Of a stretch of DNA of 64,000 nucleotides, positions 13,901-27,700 are shown in pieces. Under the pieces are notes generated by a model. The model saw only the letters and a program-made list of their open reading frames with translations. It was not told the DNA's origin and did not search any database. The translations under genes were made by a program, and so were the position numbers. The stretch is from the NCBI GenBank assembly GCA_047495785.1, contig JBLDXI010000010.1:1488001-1552000 (forward strand). Direction: 5' to 3'. Source of the DNA: Lepidodermella squamata (lineage: Eukaryota; Animalia; Gastrotricha). Positions within the stretch are counted from its first letter, which is position 1. The number at the start of each line of letters is the position of its first letter.

Positions 13901-15962
13901 CGTTGTAGCCATATTTGTCGGTGAATGGCAGATATGCCACCAGAGATGGATAACTTGATAATTTCGTTGAAACATAGGCATCATCAACGTCAACTAAAAA
14001 AGAAGGAATTTTCATAGTTTCGCTGTTCAATCAACTTACTTGAAGAGCAAAGATCGCCCACATAAGGTGGCTTGCATTTGCACACATTGAAGCCAATACA
14101 CGTACCTCCATTCGCACAACTTGCAGGGCAGTATACTATCAGAAGCAGAATTGTTAAACATATAAGGTATTGGCATCAGGTTCATATTACCTGAGAAGAG
14201 CCTGCAAGCATTGCGAACTTGCATCAATTCAGTTTCTGTAAGGGCTTTTGAGTGATATGAAGCGCAGGCCATGTAAGTGTCGGATGTCTCCGCTGGTTTA
14301 GGACTACCGTTTGAAGTCCACGGCGGTCTGATTAAGCATGAAATTTGGATGAATTCAGACTAATGTAATTTCTCATATAATCATGCCTGTAGCCTAGGTA
14401 TAGCACATTCGTTGTAGCTGCAGGCTTCGATCGCGTTTTAGCCGGCCCTGCCCATGACCAACCGCAAAATATTCGCATTGAGTAAGTGCTACCGCTTAAG
14501 CCGAAAGTAACAGCGACGAATTGCCATTGCTGATATGTCGCGCAATTTCCGTATTGGAACGAATCTCCCGTCGGATTTCTGACGTGGAGATATAATGAAT
14601 TTGATCCAGTTTTCTGATAAAAGGTAGCGCCCATGTCGCCGTCACTCGGATAATCAAATGTCGAATTGCTAAATTGGAATAGTGGGAAGTCTGTTGATGC
14701 CTGGGTGTTAATAAAAGCTGTGAATGTCCAATCTCCAGCTCCTCGAACTAGAAGATTCGAATAAACGGCCAAGTAAGAATTCGCCTTCATGAAAATGGCT
14801 GAATTTGGCGCCAGGTATGGTCCAGAAACATGATTTGGGGGATTGGGAACAGCAACCGTGTTCAGCTTGCTTGGCCCAGCATCTAACCCCCCGTAGCTAC
14901 TCGTCATAGGCCAGTAGGCTATCAATCCAGGTAATTTCGAAAGTTGGGCATTGATGGTTGCAGTATCTATTGCGGCAGCGTAATCTAAAGAAGGAAACGT
15001 CCTAATGCTTTATCAGTGATCAGTCATTTTCAAACTTGTATTGCAAAAGCCGCCGTAATTGTTTGCCGTACACTTGCATATGTCCTTGCCAATGCACGTG
15101 CCGTTGTTGGAACACGACTTGGAGCAAACTCCTGAGGAAATTTTCCAGTTAAAATGCATCCGCCTATCATAATGTACCTGTGAATGATGTACAAGTAAAC
15201 AGATGAAGGTTCAATTCATCCAAAGTCAAGGCTTTCGAATGAAAGCCACCGCACATAACTCTAACGTCAGAGGTTGTGACCGGAGCCGGCGTATCTCTGA
15301 AACATTTTAATAGACCGCATATGATTGCACATCATCAGAGCAAACCTGTATGCTATATACACTTTGTTAGTCGTTACGATTCGTGAGGCTGGATACGGCA
15401 TAACAGCGACAGGGGCAAATGAGCCATCGCAGTAAAGTCGTAGCGTACCGGCATAAGCGTCGTAAAGAACGGCGATCAACACAGCCTCGGATATAACGCA
15501 AGGGTAAATCATCCATTCCGAACCAGGATCGCCATTGACACCAATAATGTTATTGCCTGTTTGCCAAACGAAGAAACCGTGATTAACTCCAACAGGCGGA
15601 TCATCATATTCCATTATTGGCATAACACGTCTTTGATCTGTGTCAATTATCTGGACATAGGTCCATGACGTAGCTCCGAAGTTCAATCGCGGGTCTGTTA
15701 TCGTTATGTAGCGACCGCTCTTTGCGCTGTACGATCCGGCGTTCTCATTGCTGTAGCCGCTGTCATAACTGCTTGACGTCGTGCTGGAAAGCACGCTATC
15801 AAGCTTGGCTGTTGTTTTCGCATCACTGCCAGCGTACGAACTGCTCCAAGGCCAATAACCCACGCAACTATCGAGAGAAACTAGCGCAGCGAACGCTAGA
15901 TCAGCGTCCGCTTGGACGAAGGCAGACAAAGCGATCAGTGTACCTAACTTCAATAGCAACAT
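7988..15962 (-). CDS. Copy B: complete type I membrane LamG x5-EGF-ShKT x2-Sushi x5-TM protein, with two extra EGF exons
   Basis: ATG 15962 (MLLLKLGTLIALSAFVQA). Exon-by-exon paralogy to copy A. Last exon has TM ATASTVLSILGFFLGIVVCLDY and tail ending EGGMDIPEFEASG, stop at 7988. Confidence 0.9.
12904..13068. mobile_element. hAT-like MITE in an intron of copy B
   Basis: Imperfect TIRs CTGGGTGCGAAGTA / TAATTCGCACACTG. Flanking 8-bp near-duplication TACCTGGA / TTCCTGGA. Internal palindrome GGTGTCGCGACACC. Confidence 0.75.
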
Positions 15963-16871
15963 AGATGGCAATATAATTAATAGTGCCTAAACTTCTGAAA
16001 GCCTACCTAATCAATCCTAGTTGGTTACTTGGCGGCCTCATTGTGAGCAAACCTCATGAATCTTGCATGAATGTGGCCAGCAGATGCGTAAAGTTTTGTA
16101 TGACGTGAAGTTTTCCCATATATCTCTGATCATTTCCCCTGAGAAGGTTCCGTCAAGAAGTCGAGGGCATCAAGTCAATTATTTAGTTACAATTTTTTTC
16201 GCTTAATTATTAATGATATCGGCAAGAATGTTGAACTTTTTCACCCAGTCATGGCTATAGAGCACGGACGACAATATAAACTGGTAGATGAACTGTGTTG
16301 GTTACCCCTGTCAACACAGAGTTTAGTGGGAATAATATATTTCTGATGTCGCCTCCCGCTGCCATCCGTGATGCTGGTCGCCTTCACTTGGGAAAGCGCC
16401 CAATTTATCGATGTTCAAGAATGTAAATAATTTATACCGTGAATATCGAATTATCCAAGAATTTTCTTTTATTTTTGTCATATAGCTAAATATCTCGGTC
16501 AAATATTGTTACGCTTCGCTCGTGGAAAGGTTATTAGGGAATTTTTCACCGTGCACCCCTTAAATTCTAGAAAGAAAGTTTCCGATTGCCGAATCTGCAA
16601 AAGTCCTGTCACTGAGCCCTATTGCGTAGTGCTATCGAGTAATGGATCGTGGCCCAAAGAGATGCTTGGTTCGACTCTTCGGCGACGAAATGGCGACGAA
16701 ATGGCGACGCAAAAAACAAACCCCCAACTCAAAAGCTAGCTACTTATTCAAGCTATTCACGCATCATGCTCCGATCCTGCATCCTGCAAAACCTAAGTAG
16801 AATACTGGAGGAATGCACACTCATCCATCATCCGTAACTAGTATCTAAAACTGAGCTTGGTGGCAAACTGC

Positions 16872-16922
16872 CAGCTCAAGCGTGTGTTGCGATACCCGAG
16901 CACCCCTGTACTTCGCACCATG
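16872..16922. mobile_element. Degenerate hAT-like MITE end (same family)
   Basis: ...GCACCCCTGTACTTCGCACCATG. Confidence 0.5.
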
Positions 16923-17121
16923 CACAGTAACCTATACTCTAAGTCTTGTTTTAGACTACAACTGCGGTACTTAACTTCGATAAAAACACCCCGACGGTAA
17001 TATAGCTACTTCAGGTACTGTTGGCTGTAATTTCGAGTTAACTTGCTACATTTATTCTCGGGGAATAAATAAATAAATAAGATACGTGCAGCATTTAAAA
17101 ATTAATTTGAGATCTCAGGAT

Positions 17122-19428
17122 TCATCCCACTCTCAAAGCGTGAGCATTAATCACACAGAAAAGGGTTGTCGAATGGAAAAGCAGTGCGATAGACATTACC
17201 AAATTCTGTGACGAGGGATAGTTAGCCACGCCAACAAGAATCAAGGTTGTGCCCACGAAAGAACTCATTGCAATAAAAGAAGCTCGTCTAAATGGGTCCA
17301 AGTCCAATTTTTCCTTAGCTGAAATTAGAGACTTCGATGCAGTTCTCAGAGAGTATGCCAGTAAGGCGCAGCTCAAAAGAATAAGTCCATGAAATCCCAG
17401 TAAAGTTCCAACCCATACAACATTGAAATTCGATGCGTATGACGCTTCTTCGATCGTGAAGAAAGTGTCAATGACTTCATCGTAATAATCAGAGACAACA
17501 TGTTGAAATAACAAGATTGGATCACTGACAAACCAAACAACCGTGAAGATTGCGTTGAGAAAGGTCCAGCAAATCGTAGTTAAGCAGCTCATATTTTCAT
17601 GTCTTTCTCCCAGTGGAATTGAGTTAAGTAGCTTTAGTGTGCCAATCATTGGGCTAACTGCTCGAATCGCTGAATTATACTGGCCTTTGCCGCTTACGAG
17701 AATTCGGACACGCTTGCCCAATTTCGCAATGACAGCTTTATGGAATGAAAAAAGCTCGGTGAATAGGATTCCATGGACCAATGCAAGTCCGATTACAAGA
17801 AGGAAAAGTCGGGCTCGGTGTATGTGAAAATTTGCTGGGCTGTCTTTTTTCTCATCGATTATCCCAACAGCGAAACATGCAGAGGAGAACTCAAGGAGTA
17901 AGCACCCGACTGCGATAGTTAGTTTTGATTTAGAGATGTTAGATCTCGAGAGCTCTTTAAGAACAATGGTGCTCTTTAGAAGCAGAAGTAAGCCGGCAAG
18001 TACAATCACTGCCACACTGGTACCAAAGTCTATATCTTTCGATATGCGGACGAATTTCGCCATATCACTTATATTCAATATCAAAATCGGTGACTTGACT
18101 GCAAGTATTGAGTAGGAGCTCAGGTTAGACATGTCGTCCCCAGCTATTATTTTGTTGTGGGTTGCCACTAATTTGTTGGCTGACCAAGTCATGACATAAT
18201 TTGGGTAGCTATCCATCTCTAGCCTTGAAGAAAACTTCTCCAAGCCATTGCGCAATCCGTAAAATGGAGTTAGCCCGACGCTCTGATTGGCTATTAAACC
18301 TACTTTCCTCGGATAAGTTGCGAAGTCCGATAAGGTCATTTTTTGCTCAGACAAAATAGTTTCAGTGTTGTTTAGAACAAGAACAGCTTGCAGAGCTAAG
18401 TCATGGCAAACAATAAATCTATCGTCTTCACTTACGTTGCGAAATGAATTGCCAGCATATTTTTCATAGAGTTGCTCAAACTCTGCGAAGTTGTAACCGA
18501 GACTTGTTACATCAGAGCTTGGAAACATGTCTTGAGACATTCCTATGTAAACTCCATACTTAGTCTGCTCGACGATCATGGCTCGGGTGCAATTGGTCTT
18601 TGCATTGATTATCGGTGGGAATGTGAGTGGGTCTCGAAATGCGGCAGCATACGTTACAAACAGGTACTTTGGCCCAGTTATTCCGAATCTGTATGCAGCA
18701 CAAAGAAATTCGACATTGTTGAACCAACGGCCTAAGGAGACCACGATAACTCGGACGTTGCTTTTCTTGAGTGAGATCATCATATCGTCACTAACTTCAG
18801 TGTCGAAGGAATCGAACCAGGGAACTTTGATACCATTCCGTAAGCCACCTTCGTAGAAGCTTTTAGCAAGTTGGAAATCCAAAGTGCGAGTCGAAGTTAC
18901 GAGGCCGAAATTTCGCCACCTTTGAACGTGCTTCACAAAGTAGATCCACGAATTTGCTATGACATTGCCGGGGTTATTCAGTCGGTATATATTCGGAAAT
19001 TCCTTTCGATTCCCTTCGAAAACCGGAGAAGCACATCCGCTTGTTAGCGAGACCATGTTCAGATGAGGCAACGTTGAGGCGTATGGAATACAGCCGATAG
19101 ATGAACCTGGCCCGAGAGTGATTGGGGATTGGATGAAGGCTTGCTTCGACTCGAAAAATCGTGCATAATCTACAAGATGCTTTGTCGCCATATTCGAGTT
19201 GGAAGTTTCGTCCCTGGTGTCGAGCCGAATCCGGTACTTGGATAGTATGTCTGATCTAGTGTTAACCTGGTCGACGACAAATTGCATACCACTATAGCAG
19301 GCTTTGTCTGTTCTTGGCTCGAATCCGGTAGCTTGAACCAGGGCCATGATAGAAATGGTGTCAGACTTATTGGCTACGGAACGGTCAAAATCAAGTACAT
19401 ATAGCATGGCGATCATCGTTAACAACAT
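17122..19428 (-). CDS. Intronless divergent class C GPCR-like protein (Venus flytrap/ANF-receptor domain + 7TM, GABA-B-like)
   Basis: 768 aa ORF. Signal peptide, VFT motifs (VDQVNTRSDILSKYRI, LGPGSS, FPNIYRL, FLCAAYRFGITGPKYLF), seven hydrophobic segments with WFVSDP and HGLILLSCALLAYSLR as in GABA-B TM4/TM5. Confidence 0.8.
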   Translation of the reverse strand: MLLTMIAMLYVLDFDRSVANKSDTISIMALVQATGFEPRTDKACYSGMQFVVDQVNTRSDILSKYRIRLDTRDETSNSNMATKHLVDYARFFESKQAFIQSPITLGPGSSIGCIPYASTLPHLNMVSLTSGCASPVFEGNRKEFPNIYRLNNPGNVIANSWIYFVKHVQRWRNFGLVTSTRTLDFQLAKSFYEGGLRNGIKVPWFDSFDTEVSDDMMISLKKSNVRVIVVSLGRWFNNVEFLCAAYRFGITGPKYLFVTYAAAFRDPLTFPPIINAKTNCTRAMIVEQTKYGVYIGMSQDMFPSSDVTSLGYNFAEFEQLYEKYAGNSFRNVSEDDRFIVCHDLALQAVLVLNNTETILSEQKMTLSDFATYPRKVGLIANQSVGLTPFYGLRNGLEKFSSRLEMDSYPNYVMTWSANKLVATHNKIIAGDDMSNLSSYSILAVKSPILILNISDMAKFVRISKDIDFGTSVAVIVLAGLLLLLKSTIVLKELSRSNISKSKLTIAVGCLLLEFSSACFAVGIIDEKKDSPANFHIHRARLFLLVIGLALVHGILFTELFSFHKAVIAKLGKRVRILVSGKGQYNSAIRAVSPMIGTLKLLNSIPLGERHENMSCLTTICWTFLNAIFTVVWFVSDPILLFQHVVSDYYDEVIDTFFTIEEASYASNFNVVWVGTLLGFHGLILLSCALLAYSLRTASKSLISAKEKLDLDPFRRASFIAMSSFVGTTLILVGVANYPSSQNLVMSIALLFHSTTLFCVINAHALRVG

Positions 19429-21124
19429 TTTAGTTTATGCTTTTGTTATATTTTCAGACTGTTTTTGTTTGGAGGGTACCGCGTGTGAATTTGCAATTCG
19501 CGACATATTTGTGTCATTGCATGGTGCACACTGGCGGAAGTACGTTATAGCTTAATGGAGGTCGCGTCTTTCGGCTGTATGCTTTCCGCAGCACACATTC
19601 CTCACGCGTAATTGTGGGGTGCTAGCCATATTAGCGCTTTTATGAATTCTGAAAATTAAACCCCCGTGATCCGGTTCAAGTTCGATGGGATTAAATTCTT
19701 AGTGGGCGCGCCATATACTTCAGACATTCGCAGGATATAAATTTCCTACTCTCCTGCCATGCAACTTTGCTACCTGAGAGGAAACCAGTTTGGGTTGTTA
19801 TCTTCCGTTTTAGTGGCGTAATGAAAAAGAAGAATGACAACGTTCCTAAGATGAAATAAATTCCAGCCTAACGTGTTGTGAGCCTGAGTACATTACTAAA
19901 TTAAAACTGATAATTAATAATTTGCCACAATTTCAAGCGGTTATTCCGATGCCGCGTGTTATGGAGAGACGTCCTAGTATCACGTCTCATGCCCGCACGA
20001 TGATTCCGAATTTAGTATTTCTTACTAGTTTTCTAATTCATGACATGACTATAAATCAGTAACAGTTATTAGAGAGTGGAAAACCGATATTTCTGTAAGA
20101 TATGAAAATAAATATTTAGATACACATTTACGTACATGTTAATCCGGGCCCTGGTAATGTTTCCTTAATATCAGTCGTTGGATGTCATAGTCTTGAAGTA
20201 TTTCAGGCCTTTTCACGCAACAGATGTTATTGTTTGTCCTATTTCGTTCAAATTTGACTCAAAGGCCAATGTTGCATCCTTGAAATTGACTAAATTAAAA
20301 CTCTGTCCGCTACGCGAGCGTTATTCTGCTGAGATTCGTTATCATTTCATGTGATTGGTGTAATCTTTGTTTGGGTAATTCTATGGTAATTCCCTATTAC
20401 GATGGCGTTATTGAGCGGAATTCCATGAAACTGGAAAAATTTATAAAATGCGTTAAATTAACAAAGTTGCATAAGTTGGATAAATTTCTAATTTGCTGAC
20501 CGAATTCTCAAGTGCAATTCGTTCGTGTCGCGGAGCACTTTGCCTATTTTTTTTGTTCAGCAGTACTGAAATGTGAAGTCCATAGCTCTGTAAAACAGCA
20601 TTACTGCTCAAACGGACTGTAAAATCAAGTACGGCCGGCGCCCTGTACTCGCTTTACAGCTGAAATTAGCTGTAGACACCAGTACGGCACGCCTGACCGT
20701 ACTACTGAGTACTGTAGAGATCGGGCTGTACACATGCGTACGGTTCAACGACTGTACTAATAGTACAGGGTACAGGTGAACGATCTAGGCCACCACTGTT
20801 AACATCTGTGTGGTGCCAAAAATATGCTAGTTTTCATTTGATTTGATTTTCATTTGATGAAAAATATTCATAAATACCTGAAATCATTATTGTCAAATCC
20901 TCTACCTTTTGGCTTTTGGAACAAGGACGGTATTAATGCCATTAGGTCCTCGAGATAGCGTCTAAAAAAGACTTATACATGCGGAGGCCCAGGATTTAAT
21001 TGAAACGCATGCAGGAGGTCATCATCGTCATCGTTGATGACAGAATGATCTCGTCATGTCAAGAAGGGCCGTAGTCATCAGCCTTAAAAAAGTTTCGAAA
21101 ACGGAATATCGTTAGCGACGTTGA

Positions 21125-21265
21125 ATAACTCGGATTTAGGCTTGTTTACAGGGTGACAACTAAAAAGTCTTTTGTTTTGCCTCTGCATTCAAGTTAAAAA
21201 ATTCCACTATTTACTTGTCACCCGTCACCTTGAAACGGATGTAAACAAGCCCAAATCCGAGTTAT
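21125..21265. repeat. Short foldback/MITE-like inverted repeat
   Basis: 26-bp arms ATAACTCGGATTTAGGCTTGTTTACA / TGTAAACAAGCCCAAATCCGAGTTAT (1 mismatch), plus inner GGGTGACAA/TTGTCACCC. Confidence 0.75.
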
Positions 21266-21429
21266 CGCCACACCCCTCTGTTCAAGTTGGTACTTAATTC
21301 TCGCATCGCGGGCTCTTAATATTCACGCGGCTAGTTTAACAGGTGAAAAGAATCCTTAATTCTCCAATGAAAAGGGAATAAAAAAATTATGAAGTTGGCA
21401 AAAAGGTGTATGAAATTTGTATGAATTTT

Positions 21430-21500
21430 TTAGCCTTCCTCTGGTTTGAGTCCCGGAGCTGTGGTGTCGCGACACCACAGCACCTGTACTTCGCACCCTG
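21430..21500. mobile_element. hAT-like MITE end (same family)
   Basis: GGAGCTGTGGTGTCGCGACACCACAGCACCTGTACTTCGCACCCTG, reverse complement of the 12904-12975 segment. Confidence 0.65.
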
Positions 21501-21702
21501 CGACCGGCTCTCCAGATAGTGACTTCAGCATACTCTTCTGAAGCTTCGCTTGTAATTAATATGAAGAGACAACTCTCCGTGAGCTCTCTATTCAATCAAA
21601 TGAAAAAAAATGAAAGCTTCTAATAACAAGCATGTCGGCAATATTGTTGATTTAAGTTCGAGAGTCAGTAATTAATAAAATAAATGGCGTCCACAGCAAA
21701 AA

Positions 21703-24700
21703 TTATAATCCGGATGCTTCAAACTCCGGTATGTCCATACCGCCTTCCATATGACCTGGATCTTTCCTCTTTTGAGGCGCTCCCGTTGCAGGTCTATAAG
21801 GCCCTAACGGGTTTGGTACGAGCATATCAGACTGTTGGCCATTTACAAAACCAGCAGTAGCAAGTTGTTGCTGTTCTTTCTTCTTTTCCAAATTTTCCAT
21901 GAATCTTTCCGTCGCATACTTGTTGCGCAAGCGAGCTCTCAATTGATGAAGTTGCCCTAACCGGCGTTTGTCTCTCAGCCACTTTGTGAAATGATTTAAA
22001 TTATGCTGAAATCGCCTGATGTCTCTACTTAGAGTCATATAGTCGAGGCACACAACAATGCCTAAGAAAAAGCCGAGAATCGATAAAACTGTCGAGGCTG
22101 TAGCCACAGCCGAGTCGGATTCAAAAGCGACTACTTTCGCTGGCTTCGGTGCGGTTAGAAGGGCATTTCTCGAGCATGCAAGTTGCTGTTTGTCCCACGT
22201 GGCATTTTCGTTGCATCGCCAATATGCAAATTGATAGGTTTGATTTTTGCTTGGTTCGTAGCCCTGATTCCAGTCGCACTCGAAAGCAACTACTTGGTCG
22301 TAGAGGATAGTTTCCACCTCGGAACTTGAATTCATTATCCGATAATTCGCGATTTCAAAGCTTTGTGGCATATCGCAGCTTACAACTGAAAGAAAAGGAT
22401 CCGAGAATATACTATCACCTGCTTCGTGTAGATTCTTACGAAGGCAAGCCAGTTGGTTTGTTGACCAATATCCAGATTCCAGACACGTGTTTACGACTTT
22501 ACCCAAAGGCGTGTTCTCCGTGCCAGGCTCAATGTACAAGCTGTTAGCGCCTTTGCTACACTTCATGATATATGTTTCGCCGAATAAGTAGATTCCAGCT
22601 TTTATATCCGCAATATACGCATTTTCCTCCTCCATCGGTTTCGAGCACGTTACAACTGCAGGGGGCAATAGAATGAAACGCATTTTATGAAAACATAGAG
22701 CCTGCATTACCTGAGCAGACTGGTTGGCCGATGGGCGTCCAGGTGCCATTCGACTGACAAGTTTTCACGAATAGTTCCAAACTGGAATCTGGCTTGAAAC
22801 CTTGCTTACAGCTATAAGAAGCTATACCGCCGGTTTGATTCGCTGATACGTTGTAAAATGTGTTGATGCCATCAATAAGAGCCTTGCATGGGGGAACTGT
22901 CAATTTTTTTAAATGATATCAATAAGCCATGAAAAGCGTTTCCTTACGAAGACAAGAGGCTCTACCATCAACCCAACTCCAGCCAGTTGACCCAGTGAAA
23001 GAGCATTCCATGAGCCCAGTTGTCGAACCAGTCATATTATAACCAGAATTGCAGATATACTTAACCCGGTCGCCCTTTTTGAAGTAATCCAAATTGGTGG
23101 AGTTGACAAAATAAGCTTGGGCTAGGGATGGCGGGTTCGGGCAGGCTGCAGCTAAGCAAGTTGGGTAGTTCTTATTGATCGCCAACCAGTTGCCAGTGGC
23201 TGCATTCGGCGTGAATGGATCACAAACATGCATCCCAGTATCAGCGGCCGATTTGGCTGTGAAACCCTTCTTGCAAAGCATCATAGCTGTCTGCATAAAC
23301 CCGGCACTGCCGTTAAAGGATTTCAAAGGCGGGGCTGATAAGGACCATTCAGCGTTGTCAGGTAAGGTAACACCTTTAGGTACAGCTGAGCAGTTATTAG
23401 ATGGGCTCAATCGTCTTCCGCAGGTGTAAGCGCATACGACCATAGCCTCGTTTTCAGTTTCACAGGCTCCAGTAGCCGCCCAATCGCCACAGGTGCAGTT
23501 CTGGTCAACTGGCAAACGTGGGTCGACTTCGCATTCACAAGTCGCCCACTTTGTGCATGTACCCTGGCATGCGATCCACATGAAACCGGGATTAGACATG
23601 CAACTGCCTTGATCCATCCACGTTTTACACATCGGTCCAATGTCATTTCGAGGGGACAAGCAGAGTGTCGTATTAGAGGAAGGAGTGCATATGTTTGGGC
23701 CAGAGCACACCGAACCTGCAGTACACGCCGGAACACATCGGTCTAAGAAAACGTTTTTGAAAAAAGACCCAATCTCTTCGTCGAATCTTACATTGGGAGC
23801 AATCGTCACCAGTAAAGAAGTCTGTGCAATTGCATTTATCCGGAGAAGCGCACACGCCATCATTTTTACATTCAAAGGTGCAGGTTGCTAAAAATAAATT
23901 ATCAACCCTCTTTCATTGGCGATTCCTTTTTTTGAGGATTACGGGTACTGCAGGTAGGTCCAGTCCATCCTGGAGAGCAACTGCAAGTTTTGTCAGTCTT
24001 GCAAGTACCACCGTTCGCACAGTTGGGAGCGCAAATAGCCAATCCTAAAATAAAATGTTGTATTGTCAGCCAAGAAAAATTTGAAGATACCTGTGTTGCA
24101 GGTAGCACCCGTCCATTGTTCCGTACAATTGCACATGTTCCAGCCAACGCAAGTGCCGCCATTCAGACACGGATTTGTGCACGAGACGGTGAAGTACCTG
24201 CACATATTTCGAACTTGGCTCAGACTGGACGCGTTCAGGGCTGCTTTATAGACGGACGTACAACCAATGTTGAACGTCGGCGGATATGCCGCGCCATTAT
24301 ACCGACGGCCAATGTACATCCAGTAGCTTGTGGCTGGAGGGGGATTCATCGTCTTTGATCCGACGAATGAGGAGTTGCAAAAGAGGCTTAGAATCCCTGA
24401 AGCTTTTTCATAAGTGATAGCAATGAATTGATTGCCCGGTGTGAGCAAACAGTCAGCTTTAAGCCCAGCCGGCTCACCTCCACCGTTCATGGGGTTGAAC
24501 CATAGTTTATCTGAACCATCATACATCCAAACGTGCATCGCAGGTGATGTGTCGTTTTTGGTAAACTCAAAGATTGGTTGAATTACTGTTGATACGATTC
24601 GTATGAGGGTAGCGATAGTAAAAGATTGCCCATCCAAATTGAGTAGGCTGTGCTGATAAGTGACAAACTGCGGGATTGAGCCTTGAACTTGTAACGCACA

Positions 24701-27700
24701 AGTTGGGCAGAACGCGCCACCACTGTGAATCGGCCGAGTATTCGGATCCCCATCGACACCATTAACCCAAGCATCTTTCGTCCCAAACTCTGTTGTGAAC
24801 GGCCAATAAGCTATTAGTCCAGGTAACTCGGAGAGTTTCGCGCTGATTACATCCCTGTATATCATTTTCAGCGCTATGCAATAAAAACCAATAATGGTGG
24901 ATATCAATCAGAAATCAGAACACTACCTGTGTCGCAAGTTGCTCCTGTCCACCCTGGTTGGCATTTACATCTATTGAACCCAACGCAGGTCCCGTTATTC
25001 TTGCACAGTGATGAAGAACATTTCACTGAAAAAAGTTATTCCCAATGAGATGCTGGTTTTCGGAGGGTAGGGTAATTCCGCACAACGACAAGTGGTAATG
25101 AAATATTAAGGCTAACCTGAGAAGAGCGCACATGTATCCTTGACCTTGAGAATTTCGGTTACATTCAAAGCCGAAGAGTGCACTGAAGCACACGCTATAC
25201 TGCCATCAAAGTTAGCGCCGGTCGGATCACCATTGCTGGATAAAGGTATGAAACTTGTGTAAGGAAGTATGTATTATGGCCATTTCTAACCTGAAACCAA
25301 GGTTTAATTTTGAAGATGTCACAGGGGCCGTGGCCAATTGGTACGTGGCGCCAAGAGATTCATTGCAGAAGTGTCTCACAGTTTTGGTCGAGGCATCGTA
25401 AGACACAGAGATGAAAACCCAACTGAAAGAACTCGAGCCAAAGGAGCAAGTATTTGCTGTACCAGAATCGACTTTGAGCGTATTAGCAGCCGAGTAAAGC
25501 CATCTCATGCCGTAGTTACCGCTTCCAATAGTGGAATTCGAAGGATTCACATATTCGAAGATCGTTCTAATTCCCCAGTAATTGCGATGAAATTGTTAAG
25601 CAAAATGCTAAACCTTACCTCATCACAGTTGTCGTAGGAATGATGAAGGCTGTGAACGTCCACGATGAAGAGCCGAAATTCAGAGCAGCGTTGTCAAATC
25701 CAAGGTATAGCTTAGGGTTGCCAGTACCGAATTGCATCCCAGTATCGGATAAACCGAAAGGTCCAGTGGAATATGTTATCAAATTGCTTGAAACTCCGTT
25801 AATTGTATTCAAGTAGTCCGTGGCTTGATAGTCATCAGTAAGTGGCCAATAAGCTACTAAATCTGTCAGATTTCCAATCCAGCTGCTCACAAAGTCGTAA
25901 TCGGTTGGCACTAAAATGAATGAAAATCAATTTAATTCATGAAAGTAATTCATGAAATCTTCCTCGTAATTGTCTCATATTTTGAACTGTTTATCTTGAA
26001 ACTGCTTTACATCCCTGAGATTGTTCTTCTTCAGATTTATTTCTAATCATTGACTTTTTTCTGCGATTTAGTACGAAGATAGTAGACGACGTGTAATTTA
26101 ACGTCGAATACTTACATTTTGGAGAACCGAGTATTCAATGAATGCATAATATCCAGAAGAAACATGAGTCACTTTGTAGCGTAGGATTGAGGCCTGACAG
26201 TCCTCAGGAACTCCGTCACTCAGAAGTCTATCCCGCCTATCCTATTAGTAGCCAAACGGCTGCTCTACGACACAACAGAGCTGCAGTAAAAAATTAACTT
26301 ACAGGCATCACATAGCCTCCCTTTCCAAGGTGCTACGCAGTTACATCTATTGAAACCAGAGCAAGTTCCGCCATTGGCACAAATTGGACATGATACTAAA
26401 TAAGTGTTAACTTTTCAGTAGAAAGCAGCAGAAGAAGCAGCGAAATGCATACCTGAGAAGCTTTTGCATAAATCCCTGACGTCGAGCAATTGATCAGTTG
26501 TTAAAGCTGAGCTAAAAACTGATAAACAGGCGATCTTCGCAGAAATAACAACCCCGCCAAAACTCCTACGGAAAAGAAACCTATTCGGAATTTTAATCCA
26601 GCGCAATTTCTCACCTGCATCCGAGGCAAACAAGGTTCGAAGTTGGTGGAAAACTTGGATATGTTTGAAGGCTCTTATATGCGTCGCCGCAAAAAGCCTT
26701 GCCTTGCCTTTTCATGTGATCATACGAGTAGCCAACATACTGCCAGTTTTGTATCATGGGGCACGGAGGATTGTGTGTGGCAATAACAGCATTAACCCAC
26801 AGTGCGTTGTATGTGCCATAGTGCCAAATGTGCGACTGCCACATGCCGCTGGTGTCGCTCCATTCGAAGAGTGGTCCCGCATTGCCATTAAACAGGTAAA
26901 CCCAGAAGGATACAGTGAATGATGAATTCCCGAAATTTAGCTGGCTCGTATTGAATGTGGCAAATTTATTCTGCGGGGAACCACTGCCGACTTCGACGGC
27001 TGTGCTTCCAACTCCGAAAGGTCCTGATGTAAAATTGTGAATCGAGTTCGATGGCGTAGGAATGACTTTTGCGCCTGGACTGATATCGTTGTAGCCATAC
27101 TTGTGGCTAAGTGGAAGATATGCTACTAGCGATGGATAGCTTGCTAATTTTGATGATACATAGACATCATCCACATCAACTAAAAATTAGGAAATTATCA
27201 CCCTTGCTTCATTAATTCATCAATTTACTTGAAGAACACAGGTCGCCTACGAAGGGCGGTTTGCATTTGCAGACATTGAAGCCAACACAAGTGCCACCAT
27301 TTGCGCAGTTAGCAGGGCAGTAAACTTTGGGAGAGAAAAATCCGAATAGTCATAAATTGGATCGCGAAAAGGATAGCATACCTGAAAATAGCCTGCAGGC
27401 ATTACGAACCTGCATTAATTCAGTTTCTGTAAGGGCTTTCGAGTGGTAAGAAGTGCAGGCCATGAACACGTCAGAGGTGCTCGCTGCATTAGGGCCACCG
27501 GTCGAGATCCACCCTGGCCTAATAAAATTTACGCACGAAATATTAAGAGGATGAATATCAATTAAAAGTGATTAAATCATGCCTGTAGCCAATGTTCAGA
27601 ACATTCGTTGTAGCAGCGGGCTTCGATCGCGTTTTAGCCGGCCCGGCCCATGACCAGCCGCAAAATATCTGCGTCGAGTAAGTGGTACCGTTTAAACTGA

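Noticed and set aside
20555-20820. GTAC/CAGTAC-rich stretch with CACCAC...GTGGTG hairpin, possible transposon remnant
   Set aside because: No convincing termini or TSD could be defined by eye.
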